A stretch of DNA of 64,000 nucleotides from Candidatus Enterousia sp. (GCA_045114635.1 JBGUKY010000007.1:4628-68627); one strand, 5' to 3'; numbered from the stretch's first letter, positions 37,419-47,712 are shown. The notes: generated by a model not told the origin, from the sequence alone. Translations and numbers: made by a program.

Positions 37419-38139
37419 ATTTCACTTTTGACATTGCCATTAATAATAGTTTTTTATAAAACTCTGCCATACCGCGTTTGTTCTGATTAGTCCAAACATG
37501 TACGTCTTTGGCCGGGGTACGAACAGTAACAGCATCTATTTCACCAGTATATGTCACATAAACGAACATTGGTTGGTTTTTACATTGTTTTACAACTTCC
37601 TTGTCATAATCAACTTTGAGTTTTGCATTTAACCCACGTAATGATTTGAATACAGGAACAACACCAACCATATGTTTTGGTAATATTTTCAACATATTAC
37701 GATTATCATCATTGTGATAACCACGTTCTTCGTAAAAAGTCGTTACAGTTTCCGTTAGTGCAATCGTACTCATTTTTGAAGCAACAAGACTTGATGCACA
37801 TTCGGCTTGCTTTAACAATTCAGAACCTATACCAATACCATGATATTGTGGATTAACATATAAATTCCAAAGATACATTTCTTTTTCGGCATTCATGTGC
37901 CCACTGGCAAAGCCCACCATTATATTTTCGTCATACGCAGCAAAGGCAAAACAATTTTTTTTGCTTTCCCAAACTTTTTTATGACTGTTTATCTTATCTG
38001 CCATACCTGTTTTTTCTATAGATAAACCATGCACAACAGTGTCACATAATAATTCAAGGCGCGCAAAATCGTGCCAGATTTTTGGGCTGGCCATTTGGTT
38101 AAAAACAGGAACTATTCTTATATTTTGTTTAGTTTGCAT
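37417..38139 (-). CDS. GNAT family N-acetyltransferase with extra C-terminal domain
   Basis: ATG 38139 follows aaggggg and a TTGACA-16-TATATT promoter. LYVNPQYHGIGIGSELL is the acetyl-CoA-binding Q/RxxGxG/A motif. Confidence 0.7.
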   Translation of the reverse strand: MQTKQNIRIVPVFNQMASPKIWHDFARLELLCDTVVHGLSIEKTGMADKINSHKKVWESKKNCFAFAAYDENIMVGFASGHMNAEKEMYLWNLYVNPQYHGIGIGSELLKQAECASSLVASKMSTIALTETVTTFYEERGYHNDDNRNMLKILPKHMVGVVPVFKSLRGLNAKLKVDYDKEVVKQCKNQPMFVYVTYTGEIDAVTVRTPAKDVHVWTNQNKRGMAEFYKKLLLMAMSKVK

Positions 38140-38164
38140 CTTACGTGCCCCCTTACACACTGTA

Positions 38165-38192
38165 AATATAGTATAAAAACTATTTTTGTCAA
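38165..38192 (-). promoter_or_regulatory. Sigma-70-type promoter for the GNAT gene
   Basis: Minus strand TTGACA-16 nt-TATATT. Confidence 0.55.
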
Positions 38193-38214
38193 GACGAGCG
38201 TTAAGATTTGCAAA

Positions 38215-39006
38215 ATGGCTTTTTTGTTGATAAAATTAAAGATTATGTATCAAACTTTAAGAAAACTTTGGAAAGCTTTTTGGACCCCAATTTTGGGCAA
38301 TTCTATTTTGCAATGGCTTATCGTATCAATTTTAGCGGCACTTACTTGGTTTATATTCCTTACATCGCGGCACAAGTTCACAAACACGAAATCATTAAGA
38401 AACTATCGTAAAAAGCCTGTGGTTTTTGTGTTCTTTCACGGACGTTGTGCGATGTTATCACCGGTTATCAAATCTGCGCGTGTAAAAGCATATTGTGTCG
38501 CATCTCGCCACAAAGACGGACGCATTATGGCACGTCTTCAAAGATTGTTTGGTATGCGTGCGATTTACGGATCAACATCAGACGGTGCTGTCGCGGTTTT
38601 ACGTGAAGGCGTCAAAGTTATGAAAGATGAAAATGTATCAATGTGCGTTCCTGTTGACGGACCATCTGGCCCTTCCCTTCGCTTACAAGATGGTGCGTTG
38701 TATTTTGCACGTATGACTGGCGCACCAATTGTACCTTGTTGTTTTTCTTGTTCACGTCCAATATATATGGACAGATGGGACAAGTTTATGGTTCCAAAAT
38801 TATTTGGTACAATATCTTGCCGTATTAGTGAACCTATATACATTGATCCGAAATTACGTGGTGAAGATTTTGAAAAGAAACGCATTGAAATCGAAAAGAT
38901 AATGGTTAAACAAATGCGTGAAATGGATGCCGAATTTAATTTACAACAGATAGAAGCCGGCCTTAATTCTACAGATTACAGAAGACAGGCCCGCGAAAGA
39001 AAATAA
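38215..39006 (+). CDS. DUF374 / lysophospholipid acyltransferase-like protein
   Basis: N-terminal TM, then FFHGRCAML...ASRHKDGRIMARL...GSTSDGAVAVLRE...VDGPSGP, typical of DUF374. The start is ambiguous (38215 or 38245). Confidence 0.6.
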   Translation: MAFLLIKLKIMYQTLRKLWKAFWTPILGNSILQWLIVSILAALTWFIFLTSRHKFTNTKSLRNYRKKPVVFVFFHGRCAMLSPVIKSARVKAYCVASRHKDGRIMARLQRLFGMRAIYGSTSDGAVAVLREGVKVMKDENVSMCVPVDGPSGPSLRLQDGALYFARMTGAPIVPCCFSCSRPIYMDRWDKFMVPKLFGTISCRISEPIYIDPKLRGEDFEKKRIEIEKIMVKQMREMDAEFNLQQIEAGLNSTDYRRQARERK

Positions 39007-39038
39007 AAAACGGTCGCGATTGCGACCGTTTTAATTTT
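39005..39038. terminator. Bidirectional intrinsic terminator
   Basis: aaaaaaCGGTCGCgattGCGACCGttttaatttt. Confidence 0.8.
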
Positions 39039-39049
39039 ATGTATTCAGA

Positions 39050-42000
39050 TTAGAAATTGCTTCTGAATTTCAACATACCAGTTTGAGAAGTATAACTTTC
39101 ACGAACATCAATATCATAAACTGCAGATACTTCCAAGTTATGATATTGCATACCCAAACCAATACCAAATTCACCACCCATGCGGCTTAAACGTTTGCCT
39201 TCTAGTGTGTAAGAATCTACACCTGGCATTGTGACTGTTGCAAGGTTTTTATCAGACAACAAATCATATTTAACACCGGCATTTAATTGCGGCATAAATA
39301 CCGTATGTTTGGTTGCAGCAACTTTGAATATATATTTACCACCCAAAACGCCAGTCAAATAATTAGAATCATTCATATGTGTCTTCACGCCATATGAATT
39401 AGCATAATCACTTGCCATTACGTGCATATAACGCAAACCAAGTTCTGGGGTTATACCATTCTTGAAATCATACCCTGTTGCCAATGCACCACCGAACGAA
39501 TTCACGCTATAGTCACCGAATATTGTTCTATTGTCGATGACAGTTCCTTTTTCTGAATAATCAGACCAGGTATAATTTGCAATTGCATTCAAATACCAAG
39601 CGGCCGGTTTATATTGACCATACAAGAACGCAGTATTCGAAGTGATTTTTGTATCACGTGCTGTGCCGGTAATATCAGAATTAGATGTTGAATACCCTGC
39701 ACCTATTGTCCAACGTTTATTCAAAGTTCCGTCCAATCCCAATGCGATTCCACGGGTATTTCCAGTGAACGCATCGTTTTGTTTAGATTTGTTAAACAAA
39801 CCTTGGAACCAGAAACCACCGCTTGTCAATTTAACATCACCACCATTACGTCCCATTCTTGGTGTGGCCATACGACTTGATGCCAAATTCACAACTGTGT
39901 TTTGAACAGAAGATGCAATAGATTGAGCAACAGCTTCTTTTTCAGGATGTATAGCTTTTGTTGCATGTTCAACTTCTGCTTTGGCATCAGGATTTGTTGC
40001 TGCTTCTGCTAATTTTTCTTGCAACTTCAGAGATAATTCTCTCATTTGTTTTGAAGCACTTTCGACTGCAGCTGCATCTGCAATATGAGAAAGTGTTGAA
40101 GCACTTTCAGTTTCCAAACCTGTATCTTCTACAATCTGTTCAACAGTTTTCTTTGTTGCGATTACAGAACCATCAATGCTGTCCCAATCTAAATCATAAA
40201 CAGAACTTGTAACTTGTTCTTGTGCTTTATCGAAAGCGGCATTGCTGAACAAATTATATGTTCCTTCTCTTTCAATCGACAAACTTAATTTACCTTTGTT
40301 TCCAAGATTGGTAAATGTCGTTGCATTGAAGATAGGATCTGCACCACCAACCAATTCAGCAATCAATGTTCCGCCTAAATTGATTGTTCCTTGTGTGATA
40401 GTTGCTTTGCCGATGTTTAATGTTGCACCATTAGCAATAGTCAAAGTTCCATCACCAGTAATACCACCATCAAGTGTTGTTGTTCCAGATACAATACTCA
40501 AAGTTCCAGTATTATGAATATCATTTGCAACACCGTTTGCTTTGTTACCAGCGAATCTATTAGCGCCAACAAGTTCTAAATTACCAGCATTATATATAGC
40601 ACCACCATTTGTTGTTGCTATATTGTTTGTAAATGTAGCACCAGTTAACCGCATTGAAGCCATATTTCCTACTTTATCTAATTCGCTATGATTATATATG
40701 GCACCACCGTTTTGTGCTTGGTTTGTCTTAAACAAAGCACCTACGATTGATACATACCCTTCGCCGTCTGCATCATTATAAAGTGTATTGTCAATAGCAC
40801 CACCGTTTGTAGCAGCAGTATTTTCTATGAACGAACCACCTATGATGTTTAATTTTGCAACCGAATTATCATTACCAGACGATTTACGTGTTGCTATGGC
40901 GCCACCAGAAGCACCTGATTCATTACCTTCAAATTTAACATTACTTAATCTTGTTAAAGATTCTGAACCAAGGAACAATGCACCTGCCCCATCAGAATTG
41001 GCAGCCGTAGATGTTGCACGATTGTCTTTGAATGTAGTATCAGATATATTGGCAGAACGAATAACGGCAACAGCCCCTACTTCATCTGCATGGTTATTTT
41101 TGAATTCTGTATTGCTTATAAGCAAATCAGAAGTCGCTGTTTTATTTCTTGTATAAATTGCACCACCATAAACAGCGCTGTTTCCATCAAACACACTGTT
41201 TGTTATTTTTGCTGTTCCAGAAAACACGTACAATGCACCAGCCAACGAGTCTGATCCAGTAGCGACGTTGTTTTTGAATGTTGTGTTTTTAATATCAGCA
41301 TATGCATTCAAACCATTTATTGTGATAGCGCCACCACCTTTGAAATCAATAGCATCTGTTTTTACATAGTTTCCAGTAGCCTCATTAGATTCAAAAGTTG
41401 CACCATCAATAGTGATTTTACCACTGCTATAAATAGCACCACCGTTTTCCGCTGTATTGCCAGTAAATGTATATGTACCATTATTCAAATAGAGTCCTGC
41501 TATTTTACCAGCATCAGCAAAATTGTAAATCGCACCACCATTCATAGTCGCAGTGTTTTCATTAAATGTTGTTGTTCCATTGATAGTCAAATATGCATTA
41601 CCATCAGTATCAACAGCACGATTCATAACAGCACCACCATTCATAGATGAAGAGTTGTTTTCAAACAAATTTGTACTGCTGCCGTTTTCTTTACCGATGA
41701 TCATTGTGGCATCAATAGGATTTCCTTTTGTTGTCGACAATGCCGAAGCCCATGATGATTCAACTTCATAAGATTGGTTCGCAACTGCACCTCCACCACG
41801 TTTATGTGACTTTGAAACATCTGTTCCGGTTACACTGTTTCCTGTGAATGTATTAGTTGTACCCAATATAGACATATTGCCACCACTACTGAATACAGCA
41901 CCACCACTAACCGAACTGTAATCAGATGTGTTATTGCTGAATGTTATATTATTCGCAATAAGTCTTGCTGCGTTATTACCTGCCGTCTGATCTTTGAAAT

Positions 42001-42979
42001 ACAAAGCAGCACCATGTGATGAAGAAGTGTTATTGTCAAATACCAACGAATCACCACCAAGCAATATCGAACCGTTTCCGTTAGCCGTCAAAGCACCATA
42101 CGCAGAAGAAACATTTTTAATTGTTGTTGCACCATCAGGTGTTTCATTATTGATTACTAATTTTGCCTCAGGTTTTACCTCTAAAGTCGAACCATCAATA
42201 TTGATTGTTTTTGCATTTAATATTGTTAAACCATCTGAAATAATATCATCCGCAACAGTATAAAATTTATTTGCAGTATTTAACAATTTAGTGTCTTTTT
42301 TGGCAAATACCAATTTCGAATTATTTGTCACTGAAATTTTATCAGCAGTAATTGTTGAACCGTCAACCACGGCATCAACATTATCAAGAGCAAGAAGACC
42401 ATCATTAGAAGCATCTGTATCTTTGCGTGACATCACATAAACAGCACCTGCTGCACCGTTAACACCATCTGTCACCATTCCCGTCAAGGCATCACCTTCA
42501 TAACCTAAATCAGAAAAAACTTTTGTCATAGCTGTAGCTAATTTTTGACTAATAAGCTGAAAGTCTGCCAGATTATCTTTTTCGCCCCAACCGATATTTG
42601 CAGCCTCTGCAATATCCATATCGGCGTTAACATCCCCATCTGGCGCTTGCCAATTAAATGCAAACTTATCAGTTTCATCCAAAGTATCTAATGTTAAAGT
42701 GATCGGTCCAAAATAAGCATCACTGTTGGACAATGCAAATGATTGGCCAACCATATTATACTTTGGAAAGACATTATGATATTTACCAGCAACAGTGCTG
42801 TCGGCCAAACGACGACCACCAAATGCTGCCTGGCTGGCTGCAACATGTTGACCAGTAAACTCAACATCACCAAAAACCCAAGCATCACCGGTTGATGGAG
42901 TACCAGCCATTGCAGGCATAATCAGCAATGCTGGCAATACCGAAACCCCAAGAATCAAATTATGAAAACGTTTATTCAT
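39050..42979 (-). CDS. Autotransporter with polymorphic-membrane-protein (Pmp) type GGA[IV]/FxxN repeats
   Basis: ATG 42979 follows aaaggagag. The signal peptide is MNKRFHNLILGVSVLPALLIMPAMA. More than 12 GGAIY/GGAV motifs alternate with FTGN/FSNN/FENN/FKNN. The C-terminal ~280 aa is a beta-barrel ending KFRSNF. Confidence 0.85.
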   Translation of the reverse strand: MNKRFHNLILGVSVLPALLIMPAMAGTPSTGDAWVFGDVEFTGQHVAASQAAFGGRRLADSTVAGKYHNVFPKYNMVGQSFALSNSDAYFGPITLTLDTLDETDKFAFNWQAPDGDVNADMDIAEAANIGWGEKDNLADFQLISQKLATAMTKVFSDLGYEGDALTGMVTDGVNGAAGAVYVMSRKDTDASNDGLLALDNVDAVVDGSTITADKISVTNNSKLVFAKKDTKLLNTANKFYTVADDIISDGLTILNAKTINIDGSTLEVKPEAKLVINNETPDGATTIKNVSSAYGALTANGNGSILLGGDSLVFDNNTSSSHGAALYFKDQTAGNNAARLIANNITFSNNTSDYSSVSGGAVFSSGGNMSILGTTNTFTGNSVTGTDVSKSHKRGGGAVANQSYEVESSWASALSTTKGNPIDATMIIGKENGSSTNLFENNSSSMNGGAVMNRAVDTDGNAYLTINGTTTFNENTATMNGGAIYNFADAGKIAGLYLNNGTYTFTGNTAENGGAIYSSGKITIDGATFESNEATGNYVKTDAIDFKGGGAITINGLNAYADIKNTTFKNNVATGSDSLAGALYVFSGTAKITNSVFDGNSAVYGGAIYTRNKTATSDLLISNTEFKNNHADEVGAVAVIRSANISDTTFKDNRATSTAANSDGAGALFLGSESLTRLSNVKFEGNESGASGGAIATRKSSGNDNSVAKLNIIGGSFIENTAATNGGAIDNTLYNDADGEGYVSIVGALFKTNQAQNGGAIYNHSELDKVGNMASMRLTGATFTNNIATTNGGAIYNAGNLELVGANRFAGNKANGVANDIHNTGTLSIVSGTTTLDGGITGDGTLTIANGATLNIGKATITQGTINLGGTLIAELVGGADPIFNATTFTNLGNKGKLSLSIEREGTYNLFSNAAFDKAQEQVTSSVYDLDWDSIDGSVIATKKTVEQIVEDTGLETESASTLSHIADAAAVESASKQMRELSLKLQEKLAEAATNPDAKAEVEHATKAIHPEKEAVAQSIASSVQNTVVNLASSRMATPRMGRNGGDVKLTSGGFWFQGLFNKSKQNDAFTGNTRGIALGLDGTLNKRWTIGAGYSTSNSDITGTARDTKITSNTAFLYGQYKPAAWYLNAIANYTWSDYSEKGTVIDNRTIFGDYSVNSFGGALATGYDFKNGITPELGLRYMHVMASDYANSYGVKTHMNDSNYLTGVLGGKYIFKVAATKHTVFMPQLNAGVKYDLLSDKNLATVTMPGVDSYTLEGKRLSRMGGEFGIGLGMQYHNLEVSAVYDIDVRESYTSQTGMLKFRSNF

Positions 42980-43137
42980 TAGATACTCTCCTTTCTTCAC
43001 TTATCCAACATACTAGAACATTATTATTATAAGGTCAAGCCATCTTATATATTAGAAACTATGATAAAAATCCCATTTCGCATTACAAAAATATTTGATT
43101 GAAAAAAATAATTATCAATATATAATAAAAGTCGCCT

Positions 43138-43211
43138 TGGGGCATAGTTTAATGGTAGAACATCGGACTCTGACTCCGCTAGTGTTGGTTCGAATCCAGC
43201 TGCCCCAACCA
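43138..43211 (+). tRNA. tRNA-Gln (anticodon CUG), CCA encoded
   Basis: Hand fold. Acceptor TGGGGCA/TGCCCCA (U1-A72 as in bacterial tRNA-Gln), anticodon loop CTCTGAC, T arm GTTGG-TTCGAAT-CCAGC, then A and CCA. Confidence 0.85.
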
Positions 43212-43220
43212 AAAATTCAG

Positions 43221-43247
43221 CCACCCATTTTGGGTGGTTTAATTTTT
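43221..43247 (+). terminator. Intrinsic terminator after tRNA-Gln
   Basis: CCACCCattttGGGTGGtttaattttt. Confidence 0.7.
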
Positions 43248-43360
43248 GCTTTGCGAGCGATGGTTGAAACATGCAACAAAGTTGCGTGGTTCGACTATGA
43301 GTAAGCGAGAACGAACATAGTGAAGTTCGAGCGCTAACGAATGCGGCGCAGACACGAAGT

Positions 43361-43423
43361 GTCGAGCCAATCCAGCTGCCTTTTATTATTGTGTATCGAG
43401 GACTCAGCTGCCCCAATAAAAAT
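43361..43423 (+). repeat. Two decayed copies of the tRNA-Gln 3' end (T-arm/acceptor)
   Basis: gtcgagCCAATCCAGCTGCC and gtatcgaggaCTCAGCTGCCCCAAtAAAAATT, compared with the tRNA ggTTCGAATCCAGCTGCCCCAACCAAAAATT at 43188-43218. Confidence 0.7.
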
Positions 43424-43508
43424 TGTCCAAATTGCTTGACCGCAGTCATATTTTATAGTAAAAATAGACTTAAAATCGCCTTCGAAAACACAGCAAACGG
43501 AGACATGT

Positions 43509-44435
43509 ATGAAAAAAATATTTATAGATGGGAGCAAAGGCACAACAGGACTGCGTCTTTTTGACCGACTTTCTGCGCGCGCTGACATTAAAATTATCAC
43601 CCTTCCAGAAGAAGTCAGAAAATCTCCGGTTGCACGCAAGGAAGCACTTAATGAATCTGATATTGCTTTTCTTTGTCTGCCTGATGCAGAAAGCATTGAA
43701 GCAGTCAAAATGGTTGAAAACCCAAATACTGTTATCATAGATACCTCGACCGCACACAGAACAAATGATAATTGGGCATACGGTTTTCCAGAATTGCCAA
43801 ACCAAGAAGAAAAAATAAGAAATTCAAAAAGAATTGCGAACCCTGGCTGTCACGCAAGCGGCTTTATCGCACTTGTCGCCCCATTGGTTCAACAAGGAAT
43901 CATTTCCGCAAACACTATATTGTATTCTTATTCGTTAACTGGATATTCTGGGGGCGGTAAAAAGATGATTGCAGAATATGAATCAAAAGACAGACCTGCC
44001 CTTTTTGAAGCACCAAGAATATATGGTCTTTCACAAAACCACAAACACATTCCAGAAATGAAAAAAATTTGTGGTTTGAAAAAGGAACCTTTGTTTTCAC
44101 CAATTGTTGCACCATATCTAGAAGGTATGGCAACTGTCGTATTTTTACCTGCGACAAAAATCAAAGGTGGTATTGAAGACATAAAATATGTCTATAAATC
44201 ATTGTATACAAATGGACTTGTTCATTTCGCAGAAAACAATGATGAAAATGGATTTTTATCAGCTGCGGCTTTTTCTGACCGCGACGATATGGAAGTTTCT
44301 GTCTTTGGAAACAACGACAGAATTACATTAGTTTCAAGATTTGACAATCTTGGCAAGGGGGCCTCGGGTTCCGCAATAGAAAATATGAATATTGTTATGG
44401 GCTTGGCAAAAAATGCCGGGTTGAAAACAAGATAA
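43509..44435 (+). CDS. argC: N-acetyl-gamma-glutamyl-phosphate reductase (short form)
   Basis: 308 aa. The active-site region is IANPGCHASG. It is the first gene of an argC-J-B-D string. Confidence 0.85.
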   Translation: MKKIFIDGSKGTTGLRLFDRLSARADIKIITLPEEVRKSPVARKEALNESDIAFLCLPDAESIEAVKMVENPNTVIIDTSTAHRTNDNWAYGFPELPNQEEKIRNSKRIANPGCHASGFIALVAPLVQQGIISANTILYSYSLTGYSGGGKKMIAEYESKDRPALFEAPRIYGLSQNHKHIPEMKKICGLKKEPLFSPIVAPYLEGMATVVFLPATKIKGGIEDIKYVYKSLYTNGLVHFAENNDENGFLSAAAFSDRDDMEVSVFGNNDRITLVSRFDNLGKGASGSAIENMNIVMGLAKNAGLKTR

Positions 44436-44449
44436 CCAAGGAAAGAGAA

Positions 44450-45664
44450 ATGAAAAAAATAGAAGGTGGCGTATGTGCCCCACAAGGATTCAAAGCAACA
44501 GGAATTCACTGTGGTATAAGACAAAACAAAACTAAAAAAGATTTAGCTTTGATTTTAAGCGCAGTGCCTGCAAGTGCAGCTGCTGTTTATACAACCAACT
44601 TGGTCAAAGGTGCACCACTAGTTGTTACAAAAGACAATCTTAAAGATGGAAAGGCACAAGTTGTAATCTGTAACAGTGGTAACGCAAATACTTGTAATGC
44701 GAACGGTATCGAAATCGCAGAACAAATGTGCGAACTTATCGCAAACGAACTTAATATCAACAAACGTGATGTTATCGTTGGTTCAACTGGTGTAATTGGT
44801 CAACCATTAAGTATTGATCCAATCAAGGCTGGTATTCCTGAACTTGTCGCAAACCTTTCAGATGATGGCAGCCAGATTGCAGCCGAAGGTATCATGACCA
44901 CAGATACAAAATTGAAAGAAATCGCTCTTGAATTTGAAATCGATGGCGAAACTTGCAAAATTGGTGCTATTGCCAAAGGCAGCGGTATGATTCATCCAAA
45001 TATGGCAACAATGCTTGTGTTCATTACATCTGATGTGAACATTGATTCTGCACTGCTTCAAAAAGCATTAAGCGATGTCGTCAAAGATACATTTAATATG
45101 ATTTCCGTAGACGGTGATACTTCAACTAATGACACTGTTGCAATTATGGCGAACGGTTTGGCTGGCAACAAAAAAATCGAAACAGAAAACGAAGATTATC
45201 ATATGTTCGTAAAAGCGTTGAATACAGTGATGGTTGACCTTAGTAGAAAAATCGCAAAAGACGGTGAAGGCGCAACAAAACTTCTTGAATGCAAAGTTGA
45301 TGGTGCTGAATCAAAAGACATTGCCAGAACAGTTGCGAAAAGTGTAATTTGTTCATCACTTACAAAAGCAGCTATGTTTGGTGCCGATGCAAACTGGGGA
45401 AGAATACTTTGTGCTATTGGATACAGCGGCGCAAAAGTTGATGTAACAAAAGTTGATGTTTCTTTCAAAAGTGCAGCTGGCACTATCGAAGTATGCAAAG
45501 ACGGTTCGGGTGTAGATTTTTCAGAAGAAAAAGCAAAAGAAATTTTATTAGAAGATGAAATTGAAATCTTGGTATCTTTACATTCTGGAAACGCATCAGC
45601 AACTGCATATGGTTGCGACTTGACATATGATTATGTGAAAATTAATGGGGATTACAGAACATGA
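44450..45664 (+). CDS. argJ: Bifunctional ornithine acetyltransferase / N-acetylglutamate synthase
   Basis: Autoprocessing site HPNMATMLVFITSD. 404 aa. Confidence 0.92.
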   Translation: MKKIEGGVCAPQGFKATGIHCGIRQNKTKKDLALILSAVPASAAAVYTTNLVKGAPLVVTKDNLKDGKAQVVICNSGNANTCNANGIEIAEQMCELIANELNINKRDVIVGSTGVIGQPLSIDPIKAGIPELVANLSDDGSQIAAEGIMTTDTKLKEIALEFEIDGETCKIGAIAKGSGMIHPNMATMLVFITSDVNIDSALLQKALSDVVKDTFNMISVDGDTSTNDTVAIMANGLAGNKKIETENEDYHMFVKALNTVMVDLSRKIAKDGEGATKLLECKVDGAESKDIARTVAKSVICSSLTKAAMFGADANWGRILCAIGYSGAKVDVTKVDVSFKSAAGTIEVCKDGSGVDFSEEKAKEILLEDEIEILVSLHSGNASATAYGCDLTYDYVKINGDYRT

Positions 45665-46551
45665 CAAATTTTACAAACGCAGATCGCGCAAAAGTTTTAA
45701 CCCAAGCATTGCCATATATCAGACGCTATAATGGAAAAGTTATAGTTGTAAAATATGGCGGACATGCCATGACTGATGAAAACCTTAAACAACAAGTTAT
45801 GGAAGACATTGCTCTGCTTTGGCTTATCGGTGTCAAGGTTGTTCTTGTTCATGGTGGCGGTCCAGAAATAAATCTTCTTATGGAAAGATTAGGACACGTT
45901 CCACAATTTATTAATGGATGCCGCGTTACAGATAAAGAAACTGTTGAAATCGTTCAAATGGTTCTTGCCGGCAAAGTAAATAAAACTTTGGTTAACCTTT
46001 TGAACAAGAAAGGCGTCAAAGCTATCGGTTTGTCTGGAATGGACGGCAAACTTTTGATGTGTAAAAAGAAAGATCCTCAACTCGGTTTCGTAGGTGATAT
46101 AGTAAAAGTCAATCCAAAAGTCATTCGTGATGTAATTGAAAAAAATTATATTCCCGTGATTTCTACTGTTGGTGCTGACACCAAAGGAAACCTTTACAAC
46201 ATCAATGGTGATACTGCTGCGGCTTGTGTCGCGGGCGCTTTGAAAGCAGAAAGATTGATAATGATGACAGACATCGCTGGTATATTACGCGACAAAGATG
46301 ACCCGTCAACCCTTATACCAGAAATGACAGTTGAACAGACTGACGAATTGTATAAATCTGGCATAATTTCTGGTGGCATGATACCAAAGGTTGAATGCGC
46401 CACTGAAGCAATCAAAAAAGGCGTGAATAACGTAATTATTATGGATGGAAGGGTTCCTCACTCTATTCTTATGGAATTATTAACCAACGAAGGTGCAGGA
46501 ACAATGATTATTAACCAAGGATTAAAAAATGCACATTCAAGAACTAGATAA
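45661..46551 (+). CDS. argB: Acetylglutamate kinase
   Basis: VVKYGGHAM, VLVHGGGP and INGDTAA motifs. An ATGA overlap joins it to argJ. Confidence 0.92.
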   Translation: MTNFTNADRAKVLTQALPYIRRYNGKVIVVKYGGHAMTDENLKQQVMEDIALLWLIGVKVVLVHGGGPEINLLMERLGHVPQFINGCRVTDKETVEIVQMVLAGKVNKTLVNLLNKKGVKAIGLSGMDGKLLMCKKKDPQLGFVGDIVKVNPKVIRDVIEKNYIPVISTVGADTKGNLYNINGDTAAACVAGALKAERLIMMTDIAGILRDKDDPSTLIPEMTVEQTDELYKSGIISGGMIPKVECATEAIKKGVNNVIIMDGRVPHSILMELLTNEGAGTMIINQGLKNAHSRTR

Positions 46552-47707
46552 AAAATATATCGCATCAACATATAACAGATTTCCTGTGACAATTGTTTCA
46601 GGCAAAGGTTCAATAGCAGTTGATGAAAACGGAAAAAAATACATTGATATGGGTTCCGGTATTGGTGTGACAAGTTTTGGTTATTGTGATGATATTTGGA
46701 AACAGGCTATCACAGAACAAATCAATCTTGTTCAACACACATCCAATTTGTATTACACAAAACCATGCGCAGAATTGGCTTCACTTTTGATAGGAAAAAC
46801 AGGAATGTCAAAAGTGTTCTTTTCTAATTCTGGCGCCGAAGCGAATGAATGCGCTATCAAGGCCGCAAGAAAATATGCATCAGAAAAAAAAGGTGCTGGT
46901 TGTTATAATATTGTAACTCTTTATGATGGTTTTCATGGACGCACACTCACAACATTAGCGGCCACTGGTCAAGAACATTACCATGAACTTTTCCAACCAT
47001 TAACACCTGGATTCACACACGTTCATATTGGTGATACCAAAGAATTAAAAACTGTCGCAGAACCAAAAACCACTGCAGCAATTATGATTGAATGCATCCA
47101 AGGTGAAGGTGGCGTAAATGTCGTACCACAAGAATATGTAAAGGCAATTGCACAATATTGTAAAGAAAATGATATCTTGCTTATTGTGGACGAAGTTCAA
47201 ACAGGCAACGGAAGAACTGGTGAATTTTATTCATATATGAATTATGGTATCAAACCAGACATCGTAAGCACTGCGAAAGGCCTTGCTGGCGGTCTTCCTA
47301 TGGGCGCAACAATTCTTGGGGACAAGGTAAAAGACGTTTTCGGTTTTGGCGATCACGGTTCTACATTCGGTGGCAACCCTGTAGCAGCGGCTGCAGCGAT
47401 TTCTATTGTTAAAAGAATTGATTCCAAATTGCTTGATGATGTTAAACACAAAGGTAAGTTTATAAAAGACTTTTTCAAAGATGATCCAAACGTTGAAAAA
47501 CTGTCGGGGCTTGGTTTGATGGTCGGAATTAAACCATCACAAAAAACAGCAAAAGAAGTAGTAAATCAATGTATGGAAAATGGTGTACTCTGCCTTACTG
47601 CAAAAGACAAGGTAAGATTGCTCCCTGCTCTTAATATTCCTTTTGATACATTAACGGAAGCACTTAAGGTAATAAAAACATCTTTGATAAATACAAAACA
47701 AAGATAA
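46529..47707 (+). CDS. argD: Acetylornithine aminotransferase
   Basis: Class-III aminotransferase: SNSGAEANE, DEVQTG.GRTG and STAKGLAGG (PLP Lys). Confidence 0.9.
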   Translation: MHIQELDKKYIASTYNRFPVTIVSGKGSIAVDENGKKYIDMGSGIGVTSFGYCDDIWKQAITEQINLVQHTSNLYYTKPCAELASLLIGKTGMSKVFFSNSGAEANECAIKAARKYASEKKGAGCYNIVTLYDGFHGRTLTTLAATGQEHYHELFQPLTPGFTHVHIGDTKELKTVAEPKTTAAIMIECIQGEGGVNVVPQEYVKAIAQYCKENDILLIVDEVQTGNGRTGEFYSYMNYGIKPDIVSTAKGLAGGLPMGATILGDKVKDVFGFGDHGSTFGGNPVAAAAAISIVKRIDSKLLDDVKHKGKFIKDFFKDDPNVEKLSGLGLMVGIKPSQKTAKEVVNQCMENGVLCLTAKDKVRLLPALNIPFDTLTEALKVIKTSLINTKQR

Positions 47708-47712
47708 AAAAT

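Noticed and set aside
43218-43403. tmRNA (ssrA), possibly two-piece, in the GC-richer spacer after tRNA-Gln, which has T-loop-like GGTTCGAC and a GCT AAC GAA (A-N-E) codon string
   Set aside because: No reading frame from the ANE codons ends in the expected hydrophobic ..AA-stop tag. No GGGG acceptor 5' strand or G3:U70 alanine identity pair could be found. The T-loop-like pieces are better explained as decayed tRNA-Gln 3' ends.
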